From NCBI GenBank assembly GCA_026394155.1, contig JAPKYT010000117.1, positions 1,993-65,992 of the forward strand: a stretch of DNA of 64,000 nt, given 5' to 3'. The notes beneath the pieces are model-generated. The model had not been told where the DNA came from and did not search any database. It saw only the letters and a list, made by a program, of their open reading frames with translations. The translations under genes and the position numbers were made by a program. Of this stretch, positions 56,880 through 63,856 are shown piece after piece; positions within the stretch are counted from its first letter, which is position 1; every line of letters starts with the position of its first letter. The DNA comes from a bacterium (GTDB taxonomy: Bacteria; Electryoneota; RPQS01).

Positions 56880-57854
56880 ATGCTCGAACTGACCACCACG
56901 CGGCACAACCCGATGATTGATCCCACCCTGCACGTCTGGGGGTGGGAGATTCCCGTCTATCTCTTTCTGGGCGGCATGGTGGCGGGAATCATGATCATTT
57001 CCGGCTACTTCCTCTTCAGTGGCCGTCATCGGGCGAGCACGCAATGCTCCTGTTTTCAAGTGCCGCTGGTGGGTATCGCTCTGCTCACGCTCGGCATGCT
57101 CGCTCTCTTCCTCGATCTTGAGCACAAACCATTCACTTGGCGGCTCTACACCACCTTCGAGATCAAATCGCCCATGTCGTGGGGTGCGTGGATTCTCGTC
57201 TTGGTCTATCCCGCGCTGGCCGCCGTGGCCGCACTGCGCATTCCCGAATCGTGGCGGATCGCTTTCAAAGGCCGGCTTGCACGTCTCGTCTTGTTCTCCG
57301 AGCGAATCCGCGGGAGCGCTGCTGCCACCAAAACCATCGGCATCGTCAACATGTTGCTGGGCGGGCTCTTGGGCATCTACACCGGTGTGCTTCTGAGCGC
57401 TCTGGGCGCGCGGCCTCTGTGGAGCAGTTCCATTCTGTGGCTGCTGTTTGTCGTGTCGGGACTCTCATCCGCCGCCGCCTTCGCGCACATGATCGCCCGC
57501 GACCCGTACGAGCGCGTGCTGCTGGCGAAAGCGGACAACGGTTTTCTGATTTTCGAGCTGTTCGTTTTCGCGCTGTTTTTCATCGGTCTGGCAAGCACGA
57601 GTGAGGCTCACCTGCGCGCGGCGCAGCTTCTGCTCGGCGGCGCGTTCGCACCGGCCTTCTGGGTTTTTGTGATCGGGCTCGGCATTATCATTCCGCTCAT
57701 TGTGCAGCTCATGGCCGTGAATGGCAAAATTCCCCACACTCCGATGGCACCGATTCTGGTCATGGGCGGCGGACTCGCTCTGCGCTTTGTGATCGTCTCC
57801 GCCGGCCAGTTCAGTCACTGGATGAACGCGCACGGCCTGCCCCTGCCGTTCTAA
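56880..57854 (+). CDS. psrC: Polysulfide reductase NrfD/PsrC-type integral membrane anchor subunit.
   Basis: 8-TM NrfD-like profile with the N-terminal segment HVWGWEIPVYLFLGGMVAG. Start at MLELTTT (56880), 18 nt after the BNR-protein stop. Confidence 0.8.
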   Translation: MLELTTTRHNPMIDPTLHVWGWEIPVYLFLGGMVAGIMIISGYFLFSGRHRASTQCSCFQVPLVGIALLTLGMLALFLDLEHKPFTWRLYTTFEIKSPMSWGAWILVLVYPALAAVAALRIPESWRIAFKGRLARLVLFSERIRGSAAATKTIGIVNMLLGGLLGIYTGVLLSALGARPLWSSSILWLLFVVSGLSSAAAFAHMIARDPYERVLLAKADNGFLIFELFVFALFFIGLASTSEAHLRAAQLLLGGAFAPAFWVFVIGLGIIIPLIVQLMAVNGKIPHTPMAPILVMGGGLALRFVIVSAGQFSHWMNAHGLPLPF

Positions 57855-57928
57855 ACTCGCTATGATAAGCAATGAACGCCGTGGTGGCTCTCCCGAGCCG
57901 CAATGGCGGATTCGAGGAAGGTCCTGAA

Positions 57929-58489
57929 ATGTCCATATTGTCGAGTGCGGCGGCGATTGCGGATCACGCGCTGCACAAGGAACGTCCCTACTGGCACCCG
58001 TACGCCGCCGGAATCGGTCTGGGTCTCGTCCTTCTCCTTGCCTTCGTGATTGTGGGCCGCGGCCTCGGTGCGTCGGGCGCGTTCTCGTCGCTGGTGGCCA
58101 CCGTGGTGCACGCGGTTGCGCCCGCGCACGCAGAGAGCAATGCGTTCTACGGCGAATATCTGGGCGACGGCTCGAAAAGTCCGCTTCTCGATTGGCTTGT
58201 GTTTGAGGTCATGGGCGTGTTTGCCGGTGGATTCTTGTCGGGAGCGCTGGCCGGTCGCCTTCGCATCACCGTGGAAAAGGGCCCGCGCATTTCGACGCCG
58301 GGTCGCCTGATGCTCGCCTTCCTCGGCGGATTCATCATGGGCGTGGGTGCGAAGCTGGCGCGCGGTTGCACCAGCGGACAGGGGCTAACCGGCGGCGCTC
58401 TGCTCAGCGTGGGTGGTTGGGCCTTTATGCTCTGTGTTTTCGCCGGAGCCTATGCGACGGCTTACTTCGTGCGGAGGCAGTGGATATGA
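57929..58489 (+). CDS. YeeE/YedE family sulfur-compound transporter, first half-size gene.
   Basis: Conserved YeeE/YedE motif GCTSGQGLTGGALLSVGGW. An alternative upstream start lies at 57872. Confidence 0.75.
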   Translation: MSILSSAAAIADHALHKERPYWHPYAAGIGLGLVLLLAFVIVGRGLGASGAFSSLVATVVHAVAPAHAESNAFYGEYLGDGSKSPLLDWLVFEVMGVFAGGFLSGALAGRLRITVEKGPRISTPGRLMLAFLGGFIMGVGAKLARGCTSGQGLTGGALLSVGGWAFMLCVFAGAYATAYFVRRQWI

Positions 58490-59082
58490 GCGCGCCCTTC
58501 TACAAGTATGGTCTCTTCGGCGATGAAATCAGCCTCGTCATGGCTTTCCTCATCGGCATCGGCTTCGGTTTCTTTCTCGAACGCGCCGGTTTCGGCAATG
58601 CGCGCAAGCTGGCCGCGCAGTTCTACCTTTACGACATGACCGTCTTCAAAGTCATGTTCACGGCCATCGTCACCGCTATGATCGGGCTCTATTATCTCTC
58701 CGTTCTCGGGTTTGTGGACCTGTCTCTGGTTTACCTCAGCCCGACTTTCCTCTTGCCGCAAGTGATCGGCGGCCTCATTCTCGGTGTCGGTTTCGCGGTG
58801 GGAGGTTACTGTCCCGGAACTTCGGCGGTCTCGGCGGCCACCGGCAGACTCGACGGCATGGTGTTCCTGCTTGGAATCGTTGCGGGCATCTTCTTTTTCG
58901 GTGAGGTCTTTCCCGCTATCGAGTCGTTCTACACGACGACGCCTATGGGATCCGTCACCTTGCCACAGCTCTTCGGTGTTTCCTACGGTTTGATCCTCTT
59001 TCTTGTCGTGCTCATGGCGCTCGGCGGTTTCCTGCTTGCAAGCTGGGCGGAAAAGAAGTTCGCACACCTTCGGCCGGAGTGA
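58486..59082 (+). CDS. YeeE/YedE family sulfur-compound transporter, second half-size gene.
   Basis: Motif GGYCPGTSAVSAATG. The ATG overlaps the upstream TGA (ATGA), i.e. translationally coupled halves. Confidence 0.75.
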   Translation: MSAPFYKYGLFGDEISLVMAFLIGIGFGFFLERAGFGNARKLAAQFYLYDMTVFKVMFTAIVTAMIGLYYLSVLGFVDLSLVYLSPTFLLPQVIGGLILGVGFAVGGYCPGTSAVSAATGRLDGMVFLLGIVAGIFFFGEVFPAIESFYTTTPMGSVTLPQLFGVSYGLILFLVVLMALGGFLLASWAEKKFAHLRPE

Positions 59083-59085
59083 GCA

Positions 59086-59742
59086 ATGAAGAATCCGCTG
59101 ACCAATCTGAACTGGAAACAGCGCATCGCTCTACTTGCGCTCGTGCTGGGTCTGATCGCGCTCTTCGCCGGCAGTCCCTACGGTGGCAGCCGCGTGAGTC
59201 TCGACACCAAGGAACTGGCGCTGATGGTGCAAAACGAGCGCGATCATGTGAGCGTCGAGCAGCTTGCCGACTGGATCATTCAAGGTCGCTCCGGCTATCG
59301 GCTGCTGGATTGCCGAAGTGAGAAAGAATTCAACGAGTATCATATTCCCTCCGCCGAGTCCGCCCCGCTTTCATCCTTAAGCGATTATCCAATTCAGCGC
59401 AACGAGAAGATCATCCTCTATTCCGAAGGCGGCATTCACGCCTCGCAAGCATGGTTCCTGTTGGCGGCAAAGGGTTACAAGCATGTGTACCTGCTCACCG
59501 GGGGACTTGATGAGTGGCGCGAGAAAATCCTCTTTCCGGCAATTCCCGAAAACGCCGCCGCCGAACAACAAGCGCAGTTCACCAAGATGAAAGAGGTCAG
59601 CCGCTTCTTCGGCGGCACACCGCAAACCGGAGCGGCTTCCGAGCAGACAGCAGTGAAAAAAGAAATGCCCAAGCTCCCCGCCACTTCCGCCGGGACTCCT
59701 GCGCCGACCACGGGAGGCAAGAGGAAAAAGGAAGGCTGCTGA
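59086..59742 (+). CDS. Membrane-anchored rhodanese-like sulfurtransferase domain protein.
   Basis: N-terminal TM helix. Rhodanese fold with active-site loop ILYSEGGIHASQAWFLL (a Cys-less variant cannot be excluded; the region has CRSEKE upstream). Low-complexity C-terminal tail. Confidence 0.7.
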   Translation: MKNPLTNLNWKQRIALLALVLGLIALFAGSPYGGSRVSLDTKELALMVQNERDHVSVEQLADWIIQGRSGYRLLDCRSEKEFNEYHIPSAESAPLSSLSDYPIQRNEKIILYSEGGIHASQAWFLLAAKGYKHVYLLTGGLDEWREKILFPAIPENAAAEQQAQFTKMKEVSRFFGGTPQTGAASEQTAVKKEMPKLPATSAGTPAPTTGGKRKKEGC

Positions 59743-59819
59743 GCGCGACAAGTGAGAAACGGAAAGGGTCGGGAGATTCTCCCGCCCGTCAGGCTGTTGA
59801 CAAAGTCCTCGCATTTTGC

Positions 59820-60672
59820 GGGGGCTTTTGTTATGTTGGGGCATGGTATTGTAGTGGAGTTTAGCCGAGGTTCAGATGCTGAAGAAGCAGGGTGGCAAGC
59901 CGACGGAACTGGAGTTTGTGTCGGTAGATGAGCTGGTTCCGGGCGATCATTTGCTGCGCAAGGTTGAGCGGGCGGTGGATTTTTCGTTCATTCGGGAACG
60001 GGTGGCCAGCGTCTACTGCGCGGACAACGGGCGTCCGACGATTGATCCGGTCATCCTGTTCAAGATGCTGTTCATCGGCTATCACCGCCCGACGCACCGC
60101 AAGGGCTATTTTTATAAGCGGGACTACACGTATTACCGGAAGTCCGATCATTACGTGTGTCCGGCGGGACAGGTCTTAACCTACTCAACCACGAACCGTT
60201 GGGGGTACCGCGAGTATAAATCGGATCCGGACTTGTGTCAATACTGTCCGTTGCTGGAGCAGTGCACGCAAAGCGCGAACCATGTCAAGGTGATCACCCG
60301 CCACGTGTGGGAACGCAGCAAGGAACGGATCGGCAAGCACCGACTGATGGAGCGCGGGAAAACCCTTTATCAGCATCGCAAAGAAACGGTGGAACGAAGC
60401 TTTGCCGACGCCAAAGAGCTGCACGGACATCGCTACGCCAAGATGCGCGGACTCCGCAAAGTCCAAGAGCAATCACTGCTGTGCGCCATCTGCCAAAACA
60501 TCAAGAAGATCGCCCTGATCGCGGGCGGTTCCTTGAAAAACCGTCTCGCGCGGCTTCTCAAAACCCTCTTTTCTGCTTTCCAACTCTACCCCTGCCTCTT
60601 ACCGGTCACGATCAGACCGCTTCCATCGCCCGACATCCCGTAAGAGCCTATGCCACTCCCAAAACAAACCCC
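59820..60672 (+). mobile_element. IS1182-family insertion-sequence remnant (deletion derivative) with imperfect ~26-bp terminal inverted repeats.
   Basis: Left end GGGGCTTTTGTTATGTTGGGGCATGG. The reverse complement of the right end is GGGGTTTGTTTTGGGAGTGGCATAGG, about 17 of 26 positions identical. It encloses a half-length transposase ORF. Confidence 0.45.
59876..60643 (+). CDS. Truncated IS1182/IS5-type transposase (InsH N-terminal domain + zinc ribbon + C-terminal DDE_Tnp_1_6 tail; the catalytic core is missing).
   Basis: N-terminus ELVPGDHLLRKVERAVDFSFIRERVASVYCADNGRPTIDPVILFKMLFIGY (DUF772). CPAGQVL...CQYCPLLEQCTQS zinc ribbon. C-terminus YQHRKETVERSFADAKELHGHRYAKMRGLRKVQEQSLLCAICQNIKKIA. 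Only 255 aa versus about 450-500 aa for intact family members. Confidence 0.75.
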   Translation: MLKKQGGKPTELEFVSVDELVPGDHLLRKVERAVDFSFIRERVASVYCADNGRPTIDPVILFKMLFIGYHRPTHRKGYFYKRDYTYYRKSDHYVCPAGQVLTYSTTNRWGYREYKSDPDLCQYCPLLEQCTQSANHVKVITRHVWERSKERIGKHRLMERGKTLYQHRKETVERSFADAKELHGHRYAKMRGLRKVQEQSLLCAICQNIKKIALIAGGSLKNRLARLLKTLFSAFQLYPCLLPVTIRPLPSPDIP

Positions 60673-60895
60673 GCCTTCACAGACGGGGTTTGTCAGCAAT
60701 CTGGGGCGACCCTCGCGGGCCGCCTCTTTGTTTCCGATTTCTCCCCCCGTTCACGGGGGGACAAAAGGGGGGTCTTATCTGTCATTCCGGACACCGCGTG
60801 CTCTTCGGTCTTGCGTGCGGGCGTCCGGAATCTCTACTCGGATCAGCGATCCCGCACGGCGGAAAAGGAAAGAGATGCCTGACTGGTGTCGAGTT

Positions 60896-61279
60896 CTATG
60901 GCCGGAACAACCGCTTCAAGTTATCCCAATTCCACCGGTAAAGCTGTCCCGCCCCTGGAACAGGCGTGGGATTCGCGTCTCGATAACCGATGATCTGGTA
61001 GACAGGTTTCTTCTCTTCTTGCGCTATCTTCACTTCCTTGATGACTCCTGGTGCTTTGTGGGTGGAGCCTCCGACCATAATGATCACAATGTCGGATCGC
61101 TTAATGCGCTCGCGTGCCTCGTCTTGCCAACTTCTTTGAGGCGCCGCTTCCTTCATTGACCAGTCCGCAACCTCGAAAGGCGAGTCCGGGAGTCTCGATT
61201 GGCCGATGATGAAATCCTTGAGGGCTTTGTCATTGTCGAAGTCAAAGCTGACAAAGACCTTCTTGCGTTCAACTGGCAT
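60896..61279 (-). CDS. TIR-like domain protein (DUF1863/ThsB-type).
   Basis: Start at MPVERKKVFVSFDFDNDKALKDF (61279). Downstream WS...W.DEARERIKRSDIVIIMVGGSTHKAPGVIKEVKIAQEEKKPVYQI fits the TIR-like (PF08937-type) pattern. 127 aa. The ORF-track N-terminal extension is rejected. Confidence 0.65.
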   Translation of the reverse strand: MPVERKKVFVSFDFDNDKALKDFIIGQSRLPDSPFEVADWSMKEAAPQRSWQDEARERIKRSDIVIIMVGGSTHKAPGVIKEVKIAQEEKKPVYQIIGYRDANPTPVPGAGQLYRWNWDNLKRLFRP

Positions 61280-61296
61280 TGTCTGTCTCCTGTGGC

Positions 61297-61782
61297 TTAC
61301 TTGCAGAGGAATGCAATCAGAGTGACGAGGATGATCGTTCCGGCGATGGGCCCGTAGATCCATCCGATTGTCTTGGACCAGCACGTGCTCAACCACGACT
61401 CAACCTGTTGTTCCTCATCCGCCAGTGTCTCTGGGAAGTCAGGGAAGGTGAACGGCAACGTGTCCATCGAGAATGGATTGTTGAGGAGTTCTTCTGGGTC
61501 GAGTGCGCGAACTGTGTCATAGAGCTTGCGGAACAAGCGCTCTTGCCGCAGGTAATAGGCGTCGAGCCCCCAGAACGTGAGGGCCGGAATCAGTGCAATC
61601 AGGAAATACCACTGATTTGCACCTTTTGCCGACAGAGCGAAGATTGCCGCGACCAGCGTGACAGCCCATCCTCGCAGTGCAAATGAATTCTGGGCGAGCC
61701 GTGAAATCACAGCTTGGATGAGTTCCAGATGTTTTACTTTCTCGTCCAACGGATTAGCCTCCTTGTCTTCGAGACCTCCCAT
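61297..61782 (-). CDS. Small membrane protein: two TM helices in the N-terminal half and one C-terminal TM; no known domain.
   Basis: 161 aa from the ATG at 61782 (MGGLEDKEAN...). Helices WAVTLVAAIFALS, YFLIALIPALTFWGL, IYGPIAGTIILVTLIAFL. It lies 17 nt upstream of the TIR-like gene and 38 nt downstream of the DUF4041 gene. Confidence 0.55.
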   Translation of the reverse strand: MGGLEDKEANPLDEKVKHLELIQAVISRLAQNSFALRGWAVTLVAAIFALSAKGANQWYFLIALIPALTFWGLDAYYLRQERLFRKLYDTVRALDPEELLNNPFSMDTLPFTFPDFPETLADEEQQVESWLSTCWSKTIGWIYGPIAGTIILVTLIAFLCK

Positions 61783-61820
61783 AGACCCTGGCGGGGTTGG
61801 CCGTCCCGCGTGACGTGTAG

Positions 61821-63212
61821 TCAACTTAGCGAAGTTGGAAATCTGTCAGGCTCTTTCACCACTTCTTGTCCTGTTTGCTGTGCCGCTTGCTTCGCCCGAG
61901 CTTCTCTAATGGACTGGGTGGTTCTGTATTCTCTGGCTTCGGGAATCTTCGACAATTGAGTGTTTGGGTTCAGCTCATTCACAATTGCTTCAATCTCATC
62001 GATAGAAACACCAAAGAACTCATCTCTTGGATTCACCAAGTTCATCCGGCAATGCTCGAGTCGCTTATGCAATGCACTTTCAAGTTCCGGGGCATTTTCA
62101 GAGTAGATCATGGCATGCACATCAAAGTCGAACGGCACCGAAGCATCGCCAAGTTCGTTGACTCTCTCAAGTGGCTCTAATCGTCTTGTCATGCCTATCT
62201 TGTAGACGTGGTCACCAAAAGAGCCGATATTGGAGATGATGTAAATGTGGCCTAACTTAGTCAGTTGTGCTTGGGAGATGGCTCTCTCTTTTCGCTCGCT
62301 CGCCTTTTGAAGACTCTCCTCAAGCGCCTTGATCTTTTCATTCAGCGCATCGAGTTCCTTCCCCGTTGTGTTAGCAACCTCTGCTTTCGCTCTCTCCAAC
62401 GCCTTGTCATATCTTTCTTCCTCGTCCTCTGCCTCCTTTCGCGCTTTTTCCATTTCACGCAGTGCTTTTTCCTCTTCGCGCATTTGCTCCCTGATTCTTC
62501 TCTGCTCTTCTTTCTCTTGGTGAAGTTTCTCCTCAAGCTCGAATTCAAGCCTCAGCTCTTCTACCTTGAGATTGTAGTATTCCTTAGTCAGCACTATTTG
62601 ATGCGTCGTCCCCAGCTTGTTGAAGGCATCATACGCTCTTTCGATTCTCGCTTCCATGTTACCGATATTGCTCCAACTTACTTTCGCAATTGCCGCATCA
62701 CATTCTCCGTTAAACGCACGAAGCATCAACTTCGAGTAGTGCTTCGTCATCTTTGTCCCTTCCCCCTTGCTGTCACTCACTGTCCATTTCACTGCGCAGT
62801 ACGTAGCCATGTCATTCTTGATGAGCTGCTTCTGGCGTTCCCTTATGGCTTCGATGTTCTTCTTGAACTCATCCGAAGTACCGAAGTCGTAGTGGGGTTT
62901 GTAGAGGCCATATGAAATGTTCTCCAAGTTCTCTTCGAGTACTGAAATCTCCGCGAGTAAGTTCTCATAGATAACTCGCTTGTTTGAGTAATCTTGATTT
63001 AGCTGCGCTTTCTGTGTCTCATGATCCGCCTTAAGCCGCTCTATGGTCTGGTTAGTGCTTGCGAGCTCATCATTTCGTCTTGCCAAGGCGGCGTCAATAT
63101 CAATGATATCTTTGTACTCGTCTTTGAGTTTCTTTGCTTGCAGAGTCTGCTTGATGGATAGGAATAGGAGCAAGCCGATCAGCGCTGCTGAGAAGACAAG
63201 AGCTATTGTCAT
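61821..63212 (-). CDS. DUF4041 + T5orf172 (GIY-YIG-like) domain protein with an N-terminal TM helix and a long coiled-coil.
   Basis: N-terminal TM (IALVFSAALIGLLLFLSI). DUF4041-like block (CAVKWTVSDSKGEGTKMTKHYSKLMLRAFNGECDAAIAKVSWSNIGNMEARIERAYDAFNKLG). Glu/Lys/Arg-rich coiled-coil. T5orf172-like block (GHIYIISNIGSFGDHVYKIGMTRRLEPLERVNELGDASVPFDFDVHAMIYSENAPELESALHKRL...FFGVSIDEI). GGAGG RBS 8 nt upstream. Confidence 0.8.
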   Translation of the reverse strand: MTIALVFSAALIGLLLFLSIKQTLQAKKLKDEYKDIIDIDAALARRNDELASTNQTIERLKADHETQKAQLNQDYSNKRVIYENLLAEISVLEENLENISYGLYKPHYDFGTSDEFKKNIEAIRERQKQLIKNDMATYCAVKWTVSDSKGEGTKMTKHYSKLMLRAFNGECDAAIAKVSWSNIGNMEARIERAYDAFNKLGTTHQIVLTKEYYNLKVEELRLEFELEEKLHQEKEEQRRIREQMREEEKALREMEKARKEAEDEEERYDKALERAKAEVANTTGKELDALNEKIKALEESLQKASERKERAISQAQLTKLGHIYIISNIGSFGDHVYKIGMTRRLEPLERVNELGDASVPFDFDVHAMIYSENAPELESALHKRLEHCRMNLVNPRDEFFGVSIDEIEAIVNELNPNTQLSKIPEAREYRTTQSIREARAKQAAQQTGQEVVKEPDRFPTSLS

Positions 63213-63248
63213 TGTGTGAATCCTCCGACCGCAGATTTGCCTCGCACT

Positions 63249-63290
63249 AAAAAAGGCCAGAGTTCTGCACTCTGACCTTTATTCAGTCTT
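63249..63290. terminator. Bidirectional rho-independent terminator.
   Basis: A6, then stem ggccagagt/actctgacc (one mismatch) with loop tctgc, then UUUAUUCAGUCUU. The A-tract gives a U-tract on the opposite strand. Confidence 0.55.
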
Positions 63291-63552
63291 GGCGAGTCTG
63301 GAAGAAAATGCTGAAAGTCTGAGAGACAGATGGAAGATCTGCGCTCATGATTTGTTCCCGCGGTCCTTGGGCAGACGATGCAACGTGCAGCTTGGCCGCG
63401 TTTTCGGACGAGCTTCCCACCCAGATGTCGAGGTCTTTCGTGAATCGCGGCTCGCCGTACTTCATGACCGCGTATCCCCCCACGATCAGATACTCAACGC
63501 CCGCCTCGTTTAAGCACTGTAACGGTTCTTTGAAAGGCGGGCTTTCTTCCAT
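63283..63552 (-). CDS. Small nucleotidyltransferase-like protein (possible toxin-antitoxin/defence-associated NTase).
   Basis: LNEAGVEYLIVGGYAVMKYGEPRFTKDLDIWV resembles the core of small minimal nucleotidyltransferase proteins. 89 aa. Confidence 0.4.
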   Translation of the reverse strand: MEESPPFKEPLQCLNEAGVEYLIVGGYAVMKYGEPRFTKDLDIWVGSSSENAAKLHVASSAQGPREQIMSADLPSVSQTFSIFFQTRQD

Positions 63553-63778
63553 GTTTGAGTTCCTCGGTCACGACCACCATTTCCCATGCGGCGCGAAAGA
63601 TCGCTTCGTCACCCTGTTCCTGCCAGAAGGCAATGTCAAAATCCCGGTCGGGAAAACTGCCCTTGACCAGCCGGGTTTTCCAAACGGGTTTCTGATCGTT
63701 CTTCACAAGGGAGCGTCCGTTTTTCATCAAATTCACAGTGTCAGTCATCAATATACTCAAGGACAAAGGGATTGTCAA
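63494..63778 (-). CDS. Hypothetical small protein upstream of, and overlapping, the NTase-like gene.
   Basis: 94-aa ORF (…DFDIAFWQEQGDEAIFRAAWEMVVVTEELKHGRKPAFQRTVTVLKRGGR). No domain recognised. It overlaps the next ORF by about 59 nt. Confidence 0.25.
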   Translation of the reverse strand: MTIPLSLSILMTDTVNLMKNGRSLVKNDQKPVWKTRLVKGSFPDRDFDIAFWQEQGDEAIFRAAWEMVVVTEELKHGRKPAFQRTVTVLKRGGR

Positions 63779-63856
63779 GGATGAACCCCGCCCCCCATCT
63801 AACTTCCCCCACAGAGTGCACTACTGTCCAAATGTAAAGTGTCGAGGGTCGAGGGG

